From a virus (Duplodnaviria; Caudoviricetes): a stretch of 56,298 nucleotides of DNA. Made by a program: the position numbers and the translations under genes. The stretch covers positions 1 to 56,298 of the IMG/VR virus record IMGVR_UViG_3300044674_000260. One strand, given 5' to 3'. Of the stretch, positions 8,242-18,619 are shown one piece after another; the first letter of the stretch is position 1; every line of letters starts with the position of its first letter. The notes beneath the pieces were generated by a model. It had not been told where the DNA came from. It saw only the letters and a program-made list of their open reading frames with translations, and ran no database searches.

Positions 8242-9723
8242 ATGAATGACCTTAGTGACTTTACGAAGTTTCTGACTGACGAGGAGTTAGCTAAGGTCGC
8301 TCCTATGCTTGAGCGTTTAAAGACGCTTGATGACAGGAGCAGCAAGCAAGACAGCTTTATGACCTTTGTAAAGCATGTTTGGCCTCAATTTATTGAGGGC
8401 AGGCACCACAAGATTTACGCTGAGAAGCTGCAAGCTGTTGCGGATGGTAAGATCAAGAGATTGATTGTGAACATGCCGCCTCGACATACGAAGTCGGAGT
8501 TTGCGAGTTATTTGTTTCCGACTTGGCTGATGGGCAGACGCCCTGATTTGAAGATTATTCAGGCGACTCACACGGCTGAGTTGGCTGTTGGCTTTGGTCG
8601 TAAAGTTAAGAACTTAATTGATAGCGAGGAGTTTCGAGATGTCTTCCCTAATGTCAGTCTTGCGTCAGACGCTAAAGCGAGTGGTCGATGGAGTACGAAC
8701 GGTGGCGGCGAGTATTATGCGGTGGGTGTCGGTGGTGCTCTCGCGGGGCGCGGAGCTGACCTCGCGATTATCGACGATCCTGTCTCCGAACAAGACGCGC
8801 TGAGTGTTACGGCGTTAGATAACATCTACGAGTGGTACACCTCTGGTCCACGGCAGCGTTTGCAGCCCGGGGGTTCGATCATCATTGTGATGACGCGTTG
8901 GTCTATTCGTGACTTGACTGCGAAGGTTTTGGCAAAGCAGAGCGAGAAGGGTGCGGATCAGTGGGAGATTGTTGAGTTTCCTGCGATTATGCCGAAGGGT
9001 GATCCGTTGTGGCCTGAGTTCTGGAGTTTGGATGAACTTGAGGGTGTTAAGGCGTCTATCCCTGTGGGCAAGTGGAATGCCCAGTATATGCAGAACCCTA
9101 CTGCTGAAGAGGGTGCGATTATTAAGCGCGAGTGGTGGAATATGTGGGAAAAAGACGATCCACCCCCTTGTAGTTATATTATTCAAAGTTATGACACGGC
9201 GTTTAGTAAATCAGATAGGGCGGACTACAGTGCGATTACGACTTGGGGAATTTTCCATCATGACGAAACGAGGGAAGATCACATTGTCTTATTGGATGCG
9301 GTACGAGGCCGCTGGGAGTTTCCTGAACTAAAGGCTCAGGCTCACGAACTTTACGACATGTATGAACCTGACATGGTGCTCGTGGAACAGAAGGCGAGTG
9401 GTATGCCGTTGACACAGGAGTTGCGGCGTATGGGTATTCCTGTGACGCCGTTTACGCCGAGCCGTGGTGCTGACAAGTTTACGAGGATGCATGCCTGTGC
9501 ACCTGTGTTTGAAAGTGGTATGGTATGGGCACCTGAAACGAATTTTGCTGATGAGGTTATGGAAGAATGCGCGGCATTTCCTAATGGGGAACATGATGAC
9601 TTGGCGGATTCGATGACTCAGGCTATACTACGTTTCAGACAAGGTGGGTTTATTACGACTCCCACTGACTATGATGATGAAGATGAACTGGCGTATGCCC
9701 GTCGCAGAAGAGAGTATTACTAA
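8242..9723 (+). CDS. terL: terminase large subunit
   Basis: NMPPRHTKS Walker A, IIDDP Walker B, SYDTA and HDDLADS RNase H-like nuclease motifs. Confidence 0.95.
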   Translation: MNDLSDFTKFLTDEELAKVAPMLERLKTLDDRSSKQDSFMTFVKHVWPQFIEGRHHKIYAEKLQAVADGKIKRLIVNMPPRHTKSEFASYLFPTWLMGRRPDLKIIQATHTAELAVGFGRKVKNLIDSEEFRDVFPNVSLASDAKASGRWSTNGGGEYYAVGVGGALAGRGADLAIIDDPVSEQDALSVTALDNIYEWYTSGPRQRLQPGGSIIIVMTRWSIRDLTAKVLAKQSEKGADQWEIVEFPAIMPKGDPLWPEFWSLDELEGVKASIPVGKWNAQYMQNPTAEEGAIIKREWWNMWEKDDPPPCSYIIQSYDTAFSKSDRADYSAITTWGIFHHDETREDHIVLLDAVRGRWEFPELKAQAHELYDMYEPDMVLVEQKASGMPLTQELRRMGIPVTPFTPSRGADKFTRMHACAPVFESGMVWAPETNFADEVMEECAAFPNGEHDDLADSMTQAILRFRQGGFITTPTDYDDEDELAYARRRREYY

Positions 9724-10307
9724 TGGCTAATGGAAAAAATCTAAGTCCAGAAATGATGGCTCAAGTGAAAGACTACTTGCGTCGTAAAACAGGAAGCTCA
9801 CCGCGACCAAAGCTGCGTCCCGGGACAACTTCACCTCGCCCTCGTTTACGTCCCCAAAACATTGGCGGGATGGAGGGTGGCAGTACCCGTGGAGTTAATC
9901 CTGCTGAAAACTACAGCCCAGAAGATTTGAAGCGATTGCTTCGTGGTTACAATCAGGGTGGTAGAGTTGAAAAGATTCTTCGTGGTTTAGGCGAAGGTTC
10001 TGACATGTCTGTAGCAGCTTTGTTGCGTATGATTGAAGGAGCAGGAATGAGTTCTGGGGCTGCACGAGCAGCAAGAAAAGCGGCAGGCATGGATACTCGT
10101 GGTAAGGGCGCTACTAGAACAGGTCGTCAGTTGAACCGAATGGGTGTTTCTGAAGATATTATTGAAATGTTAGAAGGGACTCGTCCCGGCAGAAAAGCTC
10201 CGCTTCAAGCTCTTGGATTTAAGAAGGGTGGCGCGGTTCGCAAGAAGAAACCCAAGAACGGCTGCACGATGAAGGGTCGTGGCGGCAAGTATAAGGGGAT
10301 GAAGTAA
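9723..10307 (+). CDS. small basic protein with GG motifs
   Basis: coupled to terL; YNQGGRV, FKKGGAV; SPRPKLRP repeats. Confidence 0.7.
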   Translation: MANGKNLSPEMMAQVKDYLRRKTGSSPRPKLRPGTTSPRPRLRPQNIGGMEGGSTRGVNPAENYSPEDLKRLLRGYNQGGRVEKILRGLGEGSDMSVAALLRMIEGAGMSSGAARAARKAAGMDTRGKGATRTGRQLNRMGVSEDIIEMLEGTRPGRKAPLQALGFKKGGAVRKKKPKNGCTMKGRGGKYKGMK

Positions 10308-10666
10308 TGGCTGACCGTAATAAAATTAAGCTAAAGAAGACTAGCGGCGGTGCGAACCAATACGGTTCTACTGAAGATTTTCAAAAACATTATGATCGTC
10401 TGTTTAATAAGTTTATCAATGATGGATCAGTTTCAGACCCTGACCTTTTGGAAAAAATGAACAGGTTAAAAGCGGGAAAGTACGCGACTAGAAGCTATGA
10501 TGAAGATGGTTCTTTTGAAAAGCAGCAAATGGAATTTGCCGAAGAAAAAGCGAAAAAAAGAAGAAATAGGCCAGTGAACAAAGCCAAAGGTGGCGAAGTT
10601 CGCGCTTATGCAAACGGTGGTGCGGTTATGAAAGGCCGTGGCCCAAAATTCAAAGGATCAAGCTAA
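10307..10666 (+). CDS. small basic protein with GG motifs
   Basis: TAATG coupling; KAKGGEV, YANGGAV. Confidence 0.7.
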   Translation: MADRNKIKLKKTSGGANQYGSTEDFQKHYDRLFNKFINDGSVSDPDLLEKMNRLKAGKYATRSYDEDGSFEKQQMEFAEEKAKKRRNRPVNKAKGGEVRAYANGGAVMKGRGPKFKGSS

Positions 10667-10974
10667 TGGATGATAGAACCAAAAGAATCCGCGCAAAAAG
10701 AGCGGCTGATACAATTGGGCGCAAAATGGACAAAGACAACATGCCTATGTCCAAAGCCATGCAGAAGAAAAAGAAAAAATCTTCTGATTTGCTTAACTCA
10801 CTAATGGGCGGAATTAAAAAGACAGACGCTGAAGATTCCATGAAATACATGGAAGGTGGCGCGGTTAAAAAATACATGGGCGGCGGCAAGGTTCGCGGCT
10901 ACAAAGATGGCGGTGGTGTTTGCCGTGGTGGTGGTGCTGCCATATCAGGTACAAAGTTTTCTGGGGTAAAGTAA
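10666..10974 (+). CDS. small basic protein with GG motifs
   Basis: TAATG coupling; YMEGGAV, YMGGGKV, YKDGGGV. Confidence 0.7.
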   Translation: MDDRTKRIRAKRAADTIGRKMDKDNMPMSKAMQKKKKKSSDLLNSLMGGIKKTDAEDSMKYMEGGAVKKYMGGGKVRGYKDGGGVCRGGGAAISGTKFSGVK

Positions 10975-11408
10975 TGGCTAAAATCGTTATCAACATTGAC
11001 ATGGATGAGCTTACATCTGGAATCAACCAAGTTGTTGATGACGATATGTATGAAATGGAAGAGGAGTTTGTTTGTCCTCTTTCAACCCAAGACCCAGAGA
11101 AGAATGCAGAGAACCGTGAGCATGCGATCCAAGAATATGCTTACGGTCATTCTGTAAAAAACTGGGAAAAAAAGAAGCAAATCTGCGGAAACTGTGAATA
11201 CTATAGCATACGTTCCAACATGCTTGATTGCATTGAGAATGGCATTGGAATGGAAGAGGGCGACGAGGTTGGGTATTGCACCAAGTTAGACTTTACTTGT
11301 GCAGCAGAGAATACCTGTAACGCATGGGAAAAAGGCGGTCCTATGACTGACTTTGATGACGTTGACGATCTTGAGCCAATTGAAGGTAATGAGAAGGACA
11401 TTTTCTAA
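10974..11408 (+). CDS. acidic Cys-rich hypothetical protein (metal/Fe-S binding candidate)
   Basis: start MAKIVINID coupled to upstream stop; CGNCEYY...GYC...C...TCNAW. Confidence 0.7.
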   Translation: MAKIVINIDMDELTSGINQVVDDDMYEMEEEFVCPLSTQDPEKNAENREHAIQEYAYGHSVKNWEKKKQICGNCEYYSIRSNMLDCIENGIGMEEGDEVGYCTKLDFTCAAENTCNAWEKGGPMTDFDDVDDLEPIEGNEKDIF

Positions 11409-13891
11409 TGGCTGTAGAACGTGGTCTAGGCGCGGGTGGTCTGCCTGAAACACCAATGATTCCTGAAGAGCCAATCATGGAGAATGTGATTGATTTGCCA
11501 ACGCAGCCCGGGGTTACCGAGTTTGACGATGGCAGCGCAGTGATTGGCGAGTTTGAAGAAGAAATGGAAGCCAAGCCACAGGTGCCGTTTGATGGTAACT
11601 TGGCAGAGGTTATTGATGAGGCCGAGCTAGGCCGCATTTCGTCTGATCTGGTTGGTTCGATTGAGGATGATTTGTCCTCTCGTGAAGACTGGGAAGACAC
11701 GTATAAGAAGGGACTTGAGTTTCTTGGCATGAAGACTGAAGAACGCAGCGAGCCGTTTGAGGGGTCTTCAGGTGTTATTCACCCATTGTTGGCTGAGTCT
11801 GTAACGCAGTTCCAAGCGCAAGCGTATCGTGAATTGCTGCCTGCCACTGGGCCTGTTCGTACATCTGTTATTGGTGCGCAGAACGAGATGCTTGTAAAGC
11901 AGTCTGAGCGCGTCAAAGATTACATGAACTACATGATTACCTACGAGATGGAAGAGTATGATCCTGAGCTAGATCAGATGCTGTTCTACCTTCCTGTCAT
12001 TGGGTCTACGTTCAAGAAGGTTTACTTCGATCCGCTGAAGGGTCGTGCTGTTAGTAAGTTTATCCACGCTGAAGATTTGGTTGTACCGTATGGCGCGACT
12101 GACTTAGCGTCTTCGCCTCGTATTACACACCGCATTTCTATGGATTCGAACGAAATCCGTAAGATGCAGCTTGTGGGTTTTTATCGTGACATCGACTTGC
12201 CTTCTGGTGGGTATGGTGAAGACGATATGGCTGACGAAGTTGAAGAGTCTATTGATGACATTCAAGGCGTACACCCAAGTGGCCCGTCTGAAGAATTGAC
12301 ACTGTATGAAGTCCACACAAGCCTAGATATTGATGGCTTTGAGGACATGGGCATGGATGGAGAGCCAACAGGCTTGAAGCTGCCATACATCATCACAATC
12401 GTTGCTGATACTGGTGATGTTTTGGCGATCCGCCGTAACTACATGGAACCTGATCCGATGAAACGCGCGAAACAATATTTCGTGCACTACAAGTTCTTGC
12501 CGGGTCTTGGATTCTATGGCCTTGGTCTGACCCACATGATTGGTGGTTTGGCTCAGGCATCTACGTCGATCCTGCGTCAGCTTATTGATGCGGGTACGCT
12601 CTCCAATCTGCCAGCAGGCTTCAAGGCTCGCGGTGCTCGTATTAGGGATGAGGATGCTCCACTCCAGCCCGGCGAGTTCCGCGACATTGATGTGGTTGGA
12701 GGCACCCTGCAAGGCTCTCTGATGCCTCTCCCTTTCAAAGAGCCTTCAGGGACGCTTTACAACCTTTTGGGCACTCTAGTGGACGCAGGACGCCGCTTTG
12801 CGTCTATGGCTGACCTCAAGGTTGGTGAGATGGGTGGTGAAACACCTGTTGGAACGACTATGGCGATTATGGAACGTGGCACGAAGGTGATGTCTGCGAT
12901 CCACAAGCGTTTGCACTATTCACAGAAAATCGAGTTCAAACTCCTTGCACGTATCTTCTCTGAGACAATCCAGACGTATCCGTATCAAGCGGACATGCAG
13001 ATGGGTCCAGAGGTGTTTGTGCAAGACTTTGATGCTCGTGTAGACGTTCTGCCTGTATCTGATCCAAACATTTTCTCTATGTCTCAGCGTATTGCTTTGG
13101 CACAAACAGAGTTGCAGTTGGTTCAGTCTAATCCACAGATTCATGGTGGGCCGCAGGGATTGTATGCAGCTTATCGCAAGATGTATGAGGCATTGGGCGT
13201 TACGAATATTGATGCCATCCTTCCTCCCCCCCCTCAACCTCAGCCGATGAATGCGGCTAAGGAAAATCAGATGGCATTGCAGGGAGCGCCATTACAGGCG
13301 TTCCCTGACCAAGACCACCAAGCACACATAGAGACTCACATGGCTGTGATGTCCACTCCTGCTATGGAATTGAACCCACAAGCGATTATGTCGTTGCAGG
13401 GTCACATTCAGGAGCACATTGGCTTGATGGCAGAGGCTCAGGCGCAGCAAGAGATCATGTCTCAGATTCCGCCAGAGCAAATGCAAATGATGCAGCAGCA
13501 AGCGCAGATGATGCCGCCACAGCCGGGTCAACCGCCTGCTGACCCTATGATGCAGTTCAAGCCACAGATCGACGCTCGTGCGGCAGAACTCATTGCAGAG
13601 ATGACAGAACAATTAGCGCAAGCGGTAGCACCGCCACCACAATCCGATCCACTTGTGGACATACGGAACCAAGAACTGCAACTCAAGGCAGCAGACATGC
13701 AGCGTAAGCAGCAAGAGTTTGATGCCAAGCAGGAAATGGAAAGCGAGAAAGAACGTAACGATATTCTGATCGCACAACAGCGCATTGATGCTCAGGAAAA
13801 GGCGATTGATGAGCGTTCACGAGTAGCAGAGGAACGCATTCAAACCCAGAGAGACATTGCCGCGCTGAACTCAGCAATGAAAGGACAGTAA
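11408..13891 (+). CDS. portal protein (P22-like, long C-terminal coiled coil)
   Basis: 827 aa after terL; [29 protein letters not shown] motifs; Q-rich helical tail. Confidence 0.9.
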   Translation: MAVERGLGAGGLPETPMIPEEPIMENVIDLPTQPGVTEFDDGSAVIGEFEEEMEAKPQVPFDGNLAEVIDEAELGRISSDLVGSIEDDLSSREDWEDTYKKGLEFLGMKTEERSEPFEGSSGVIHPLLAESVTQFQAQAYRELLPATGPVRTSVIGAQNEMLVKQSERVKDYMNYMITYEMEEYDPELDQMLFYLPVIGSTFKKVYFDPLKGRAVSKFIHAEDLVVPYGATDLASSPRITHRISMDSNEIRKMQLVGFYRDIDLPSGGYGEDDMADEVEESIDDIQGVHPSGPSEELTLYEVHTSLDIDGFEDMGMDGEPTGLKLPYIITIVADTGDVLAIRRNYMEPDPMKRAKQYFVHYKFLPGLGFYGLGLTHMIGGLAQASTSILRQLIDAGTLSNLPAGFKARGARIRDEDAPLQPGEFRDIDVVGGTLQGSLMPLPFKEPSGTLYNLLGTLVDAGRRFASMADLKVGEMGGETPVGTTMAIMERGTKVMSAIHKRLHYSQKIEFKLLARIFSETIQTYPYQADMQMGPEVFVQDFDARVDVLPVSDPNIFSMSQRIALAQTELQLVQSNPQIHGGPQGLYAAYRKMYEALGVTNIDAILPPPPQPQPMNAAKENQMALQGAPLQAFPDQDHQAHIETHMAVMSTPAMELNPQAIMSLQGHIQEHIGLMAEAQAQQEIMSQIPPEQMQMMQQQAQMMPPQPGQPPADPMMQFKPQIDARAAELIAEMTEQLAQAVAPPPQSDPLVDIRNQELQLKAADMQRKQQEFDAKQEMESEKERNDILIAQQRIDAQEKAIDERSRVAEERIQTQRDIAALNSAMKGQ

Positions 13892-13892
13892 G

Positions 13893-14228
13893 ATGGCATC
13901 GTCAATACGGGAGAAAATGGCTGAACAAGAGAAGGCCAAGAAGATCGCTCAGAGGGAGGCTGAACATGCCGCTGAAAAAGGGAAAAAGCCAGAAGACAAT
14001 AAGCAGCAACGTGCGCAAGCTAAAGTCGGAGGGACGTCCGCAAAAGCAAGCAGTAGCGATAGCCCTAAGTCAAGCGGGAAAGTCCGAGCGCGGACGGAAA
14101 AAGGCCACTTCGTCAAAGACGACCCGAACACCCCCGAAAACGAAGCGTGGGTCGAAGAAAAACCTAAGAAAAAAGCTGCCACAAAAGCCCCTGCGAAAAA
14201 ACGCGGGAGGCCACGTAAGCAGGTTTAG
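13893..14228 (+). CDS. hypothetical basic protein
   Basis: AAGGA RBS; [22 protein letters not shown] motif. Confidence 0.6.
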   Translation: MASSIREKMAEQEKAKKIAQREAEHAAEKGKKPEDNKQQRAQAKVGGTSAKASSSDSPKSSGKVRARTEKGHFVKDDPNTPENEAWVEEKPKKKAATKAPAKKRGRPRKQV

Positions 14229-14268
14229 TCGAATAGCTAGGCCCCAGAGATTCCAAGGTATTTTCTGA
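13966..14268 (+). CDS. small basic protein overlapping 13893-14228 in another frame
   Basis: own GGAGG RBS; [15 protein letters not shown]...QKQAVAIAL motif familiar from phage proteins; KNAGGHV. Confidence 0.7.
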   Translation: MPLKKGKSQKTISSNVRKLKSEGRPQKQAVAIALSQAGKSERGRKKATSSKTTRTPPKTKRGSKKNLRKKLPQKPLRKNAGGHVSRFSRIARPQRFQGIF

Positions 14269-14320
14269 CTTTATGGTAATTATACTTGTGCTTTCCAAAT
14301 AATCGCATACTATATGCGGT

Positions 14321-14518
14321 ATGGACGCACTGAATCTTGCAGAATATCTGTTAAAAAACATACGTGAGCGCGATCTGCGTCTGAAAGACAAGCTCGCGGA
14401 TGGTTCGATACAAACTTTTGAAGAGTATCGGTATCTTGTAGGCGAAATACGCGGAATGTCCTACGTCGAAGATGAAATTAAAACCGCGATGAAAGGCATA
14501 GAGTACGCAGATGACTAA
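14321..14518 (+). CDS. hypothetical protein preceding GroES
   Basis: EEYRYLVGEIRG helix; TTGTGC-N17-TACTAT promoter-like element upstream. Confidence 0.75.
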   Translation: MDALNLAEYLLKNIRERDLRLKDKLADGSIQTFEEYRYLVGEIRGMSYVEDEIKTAMKGIEYADD

Positions 14519-14999
14519 TAAGTTATTTGTGCCAGATCACGTTGCGAAGGCAGCGCAGAAGGCAATCAAAGAGAATACGCCAATGCCTAAACCGATTGAA
14601 AATGCTTTCGGCAAAGGGGCGGATAAGACAAACGAAGACGATCCATCACAAATGGATTCTTCAGCACTGGAGAGACTGCCGCAGCCTACAGGCTACCGTG
14701 TTCTCATCATTCCTTATTATCCTAGCGAAAAAACTAAAGGCGGTTTGTACGTTCCTGATCAGGTTCGTGACCGTGAAGCGTTCGCTACAGTAGCAGCATA
14801 TGTCGTCAAGCTCGGTCCTGACGCATATAAAGACTCCCAAAAGTTCCCAAATGGTCCTTGGTGTAATGAAAAGGATTGGGTTCTTATAGGAAGATATGCT
14901 GGAAATAGGTTCAAAGTGGAAGGTCTTGAGGTAAGAATCATAAATGACGATAACATTATCGCCACAATTCTTGACCCAAAAGACATTTCGTATGTATAG
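14511..14999 (+). CDS. groES: co-chaperonin GroES (Cpn10)-like protein
   Basis: PTGYRVLI, KTKGGLYVPD, YAG...RIINDDNIIA Cpn10 motifs. Confidence 0.85.
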   Translation: MTNKLFVPDHVAKAAQKAIKENTPMPKPIENAFGKGADKTNEDDPSQMDSSALERLPQPTGYRVLIIPYYPSEKTKGGLYVPDQVRDREAFATVAAYVVKLGPDAYKDSQKFPNGPWCNEKDWVLIGRYAGNRFKVEGLEVRIINDDNIIATILDPKDISYV

Positions 15000-15019
15000 T
15001 GTGATGGAGAACAAGGAAA

Positions 15020-15967
15020 ATGGCTATGTCTGAAGACATTCGTGAAAAAGACGAATTTGAAGAAGGTACATCTGTCGAACTTGATGATGATCAAGACGAT
15101 GATGTAATCGAAGCCTCTTCCGATGACGATGACGAAGAAAGCCGAACAAATGTTCGGGATAAGTCATCAGGTGACGAAGAACTGGATACTTACAGCCAGT
15201 CCGTCCAAAAAAGAATTAGAGAGTTAACGGCAAAACGACACGCAGCGGCTGAAGAAGCAGCAGCGGCAGTTCAGTATGCGCAGCAGGTTCAACAGCAGAA
15301 CGAGCAAATGCGTCAGCAGTTGAGCAGATTGTCTGTTAGCCAAAACTCAGAAGCTGAAGGCCGCTTGAAGGCACAAGAAGCTCAAGCAAAACGTGCATAT
15401 TCTGAAGCGTTAGAGTCAGGCGACTACGACAAAGCAGCAAATGCTCAGGAAGCGATCTCTAAGATTGCGATTGCTAAAGAGCGTGTGCGTTTGCAAAAAG
15501 CAAAGATTGCGCGTCAGCAGCAAGCACAACAGGCGCAAGCTGAAGCAGCACAGCGTCAGCAGCAAGTGCCACAACAGGCACCACAGCAGCAGCAAGCACC
15601 TGATCCCAAATTGCAGAGTTGGTTGGGGAAGAATGAGTGGTTTGGACAAGACCGCTTGATGACTCGTGCAGCCCAAGCAATTCATGAACAGTTAGTTTTA
15701 GAAGAGGGTTTTGATCCTACAAGTGACGATTACTACAAAGAGATCGACACTCGTATGCGCAAAGAAATGCCTCAAAAGTTTTCGGATAAACGGTCCAACG
15801 CCCAGACTGTTGCTCCGGCGTCTGGCAAGAGTCGGACGGTCAAATCAGGGCGGAAAAAAGCGGTGGAACTTACACCGGGTCAAGTGGCTTTTGCCAAGAA
15901 AATGCGTATTCCGTTAGATCGGTACGCGAAAGAAGTGGCTCGCTTAGAGCAAAACAGGAGAGATTGA
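15020..15967 (+). CDS. putative capsid scaffolding protein
   Basis: acidic N-terminus, coiled coil, position before capsid genes. Confidence 0.65.
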   Translation: MAMSEDIREKDEFEEGTSVELDDDQDDDVIEASSDDDDEESRTNVRDKSSGDEELDTYSQSVQKRIRELTAKRHAAAEEAAAAVQYAQQVQQQNEQMRQQLSRLSVSQNSEAEGRLKAQEAQAKRAYSEALESGDYDKAANAQEAISKIAIAKERVRLQKAKIARQQQAQQAQAEAAQRQQQVPQQAPQQQQAPDPKLQSWLGKNEWFGQDRLMTRAAQAIHEQLVLEEGFDPTSDDYYKEIDTRMRKEMPQKFSDKRSNAQTVAPASGKSRTVKSGRKKAVELTPGQVAFAKKMRIPLDRYAKEVARLEQNRRD

Positions 15968-15968
15968 T

Positions 15969-16427
15969 ATGGCTAATCGGACATCACGCGAAGTAGAGTC
16001 GCGGGAGCGCACAGAGCGCAAAATGGAATGGCGTCCCGGTTCAGCTTTAGATGCTCCTGAACCTCCCATTGGATATGTCCATCGTTGGATTCGTGAATCT
16101 GTGATGGAGTTCGATGATAAAACTAACGTTCATAAGAAACGGCAAGAAGGCTGGGACCTCGTTCGCGCAGAGGATTACCCAGATTGGATTGGACCTGTAG
16201 TAGACGAAGGGCGTAACGCTGGTGTCATTGGCAACGGCGGTCTTGTTCTCGCACGTATGCCCGTCGAAATGGTTGAGCAGCGGAAACAACACTATAAAGG
16301 TGTTACTAAAAATCAAATGGATGCAGTGGATAATGATTGGATGCAAGAAAACAATCCAGCCATGCCGAAGCTCGCTCCGCAACGTAAATCTTCTGTCTCC
16401 TTCGGCTCAGGTCGAAAAGGCGGATAA
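15969..16427 (+). CDS. head morphogenesis hypothetical protein
   Basis: AGGAG RBS; position between scaffold and capsid genes. Confidence 0.7.
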   Translation: MANRTSREVESRERTERKMEWRPGSALDAPEPPIGYVHRWIRESVMEFDDKTNVHKKRQEGWDLVRAEDYPDWIGPVVDEGRNAGVIGNGGLVLARMPVEMVEQRKQHYKGVTKNQMDAVDNDWMQENNPAMPKLAPQRKSSVSFGSGRKGG

Positions 16428-16443
16428 TTGAAGGAAATAAGCT

Positions 16444-17022
16444 ATGTCTAACCAAGACGCTTCTTTTGGCCTTCGTCCAGTTCGTACAAGCATTAGCTCG
16501 CAGCAGCAGAATCGCTACCGCATTGCTTCAGGCTACGCAACTGCCATTTTCCAAGGTGACCTAGTTGCCATGGTAACTGGTGGCGGCATTGAGCGTGTTG
16601 CAGCAGGTGGATCAGGTTTGATCCTTGGCGTATTCAACGGTTGTTTCTATACTGATCCAACGACTGGCAAGCCAACCTATTCAAACAGCTACCCCGGTAG
16701 CGTTGCAGCATCTGACATCATGGCAAACGTCATCGACTCACCAGATGCAACATTCGAAGTACAAGCTGACGACACATTCCCTGTGGCTGACTTGGCAGGT
16801 AATTTCGACATTGTTGACCAATCACCAGTTGGCGATACTACATCAGGTATCTCTCGCGTGGAATTGGATGTCACAACTGGCGCGACAACAGCAACATTGC
16901 CGCTGAAAGCTATCGACATCTCTCAGGACCCTGAGAACAGCGATGTTTCATCAGCGAACACTAACGTGATCGTTAAAATCAACAACCACCTGTTCAGCGG
17001 TGGAACCGCTGGCTTGGCATAA
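16444..17022 (+). CDS. putative capsid decoration/minor capsid protein
   Basis: FGLRPV, IFQGDLV motifs; immediately upstream of MCP. Confidence 0.65.
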   Translation: MSNQDASFGLRPVRTSISSQQQNRYRIASGYATAIFQGDLVAMVTGGGIERVAAGGSGLILGVFNGCFYTDPTTGKPTYSNSYPGSVAASDIMANVIDSPDATFEVQADDTFPVADLAGNFDIVDQSPVGDTTSGISRVELDVTTGATTATLPLKAIDISQDPENSDVSSANTNVIVKINNHLFSGGTAGLA

Positions 17023-17034
17023 GGAGATTGAGTT

Positions 17035-17943
17035 ATGGCTATTTCACGCTCCCAACTCGTCAAAGAACTTGAGCCGGGCCTGAACGCTCTATTCGGTATG
17101 GAATATGACCGATATGAGAATCAACACGCAGAAATCTACGATACGGAAACATCAGACCGTGCATTCGAAGAGGAAGTTATGTTGGTCGGATTTGGGAATG
17201 CTCCCACAAAATCCGAAGGTTCTGGCGTAGAGTTCGACAATGCAAATGAAGCATACACTGCTCGTTATTCACACGAAACAGTGGCACTTGCATTCGCATT
17301 GACCGAAGAAGCAATCGAAGACAACCTGTATGATCGTCTTGGTGCGCGTTATACGAAGGCGCTTGCGCGTTCTATGGCACACACAAAGCAGGTCAAAGCG
17401 GCTGCAACGCTTAACAATGCGTTTGACAGCAGCTTTACAGGTGGCGACGGTAAAGAGCTTTGTGCGACTGACCACCCACTTGCAGGTGGTGGTACATTCC
17501 GCAACGAGCCGTCAACAGCAGCAGACTTGAACGAGACTTCGCTTGAGAATGCTTTGATTGACATCTCTACCTTCGTTGATGAACGCAACATGATCATTGC
17601 TCTACGCGGCACTAAGTTGATCATTCCACCACAACTGCAATTCGTTGCAGATCGCTTGTTGGAATCAACTCTACGTGTTGGCACAGCAGACAATGATGTG
17701 AACGCGATTCGCAACATGGGCATGCTTCCAGAGGGTTACACTGTTAACCACTTCTTGACAGACCCAGATGCGTTCTTCATCAAGACTGATGCTCCAAACG
17801 GCTTCAAACACTTTGAGCGTTCACCAATGCGCACAAACATGGAAGCTGATTTCGACACAGGCAACATGCGCTTCAAGGCTCGTGAGCGTTATAGCTTCGG
17901 CTATTCTGACCCACGCGCAGTGTTCGGTTCACCCGGCGCATAA
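17035..17943 (+). CDS. major capsid protein (HK97 fold)
   Basis: MAISRSQLVKELEPGLNALFG...KARERYSFG typical of marine podovirus MCPs; strong RBS; terminator downstream. Confidence 0.9.
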   Translation: MAISRSQLVKELEPGLNALFGMEYDRYENQHAEIYDTETSDRAFEEEVMLVGFGNAPTKSEGSGVEFDNANEAYTARYSHETVALAFALTEEAIEDNLYDRLGARYTKALARSMAHTKQVKAAATLNNAFDSSFTGGDGKELCATDHPLAGGGTFRNEPSTAADLNETSLENALIDISTFVDERNMIIALRGTKLIIPPQLQFVADRLLESTLRVGTADNDVNAIRNMGMLPEGYTVNHFLTDPDAFFIKTDAPNGFKHFERSPMRTNMEADFDTGNMRFKARERYSFGYSDPRAVFGSPGA

Positions 17944-17995
17944 TTTGTGCTACAATGAGGTTGTCCTTTTCATTTGGACACCTCCCTGTTGGACT

Positions 17996-18024
17996 GGGGC
18001 TACTACGGTAGCCCCTTTCTTTTT
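17996..18024 (+). terminator. rho-independent terminator after MCP
   Basis: GGGGCTAC-tacg-GTAGCCCC followed by TTTCTTTTT. Confidence 0.8.
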
Positions 18025-18101
18025 ATCTCATTTCCTGTATATTGAATGTATCCCTGACAGTCGCATGGTGCGGCTGACACTAGCCTCGACAGGAGATACA
18101 C

Positions 18102-18317
18102 ATGGCTAACACGACATTTAATGGTCCAGTTCGTTCTGAGAACGGATTCAAAGACGTAACAAAGAACGCGACAACTGGCGCGGTGACAGAAAACATTTCT
18201 ATCACACACGACGGCACAAACAGTGTTGTAATTATCAGCGACCTACCGACTTCTGATCCAACTGTCGCAGGGCAGCTATGGAGCAACTCAGGTGTTGTGA
18301 CTGTCTCCGCTGGATAA
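18102..18317 (+). CDS. small virion protein (putative)
   Basis: AGGAG RBS; MANTTFNGPVRSENGF start. Confidence 0.7.
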   Translation: MANTTFNGPVRSENGFKDVTKNATTGAVTENISITHDGTNSVVIISDLPTSDPTVAGQLWSNSGVVTVSAG

Positions 18318-18328
18318 GGAGATAGATC

Positions 18329-18610
18329 ATGGCAGGTCCAGTAAAGGCATATAACTTCACGCAAGGTGACTCTGCGGCTGTTGTTGGTGACTCACGTTCA
18401 CGCATCCGTCAGATTGTAATTTACGCGGCTGCGGCTGGCGCATTTACAATCAAGAACGGTAGCGCGTCTGGCGAAACTCTTATTGAGCAAACCTTTTCAA
18501 CAGGTATGCACCATCTGAACATTCCAGATGATGGTATCCTTGCGACAAGCGGTGCTTATGTAAGTGCATTCACAGGTGCAAGCAACGAACTGACAATCTT
18601 TTTGTCATAA
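18329..18610 (+). CDS. virion structural protein (putative)
   Basis: AAGGAG RBS; beta-rich. Confidence 0.7.
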   Translation: MAGPVKAYNFTQGDSAAVVGDSRSRIRQIVIYAAAAGAFTIKNGSASGETLIEQTFSTGMHHLNIPDDGILATSGAYVSAFTGASNELTIFLS

Positions 18611-18619
18611 GAGGTTTGG

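Noticed and set aside
14511-14999. Phage GroES as a novelty
   Set aside because: Cpn10 homologues next to head genes are well known in marine phages
15142-15157. CGAAC-N4-GTTCG as a host LexA (SOS) box
   Set aside because: Matches the Firmicutes/Actinobacteria box, but the host appears alphaproteobacterial (GTTC-N7-GTTC box) and most copies are half-sites, many within genes; kept only as an unexplained motif
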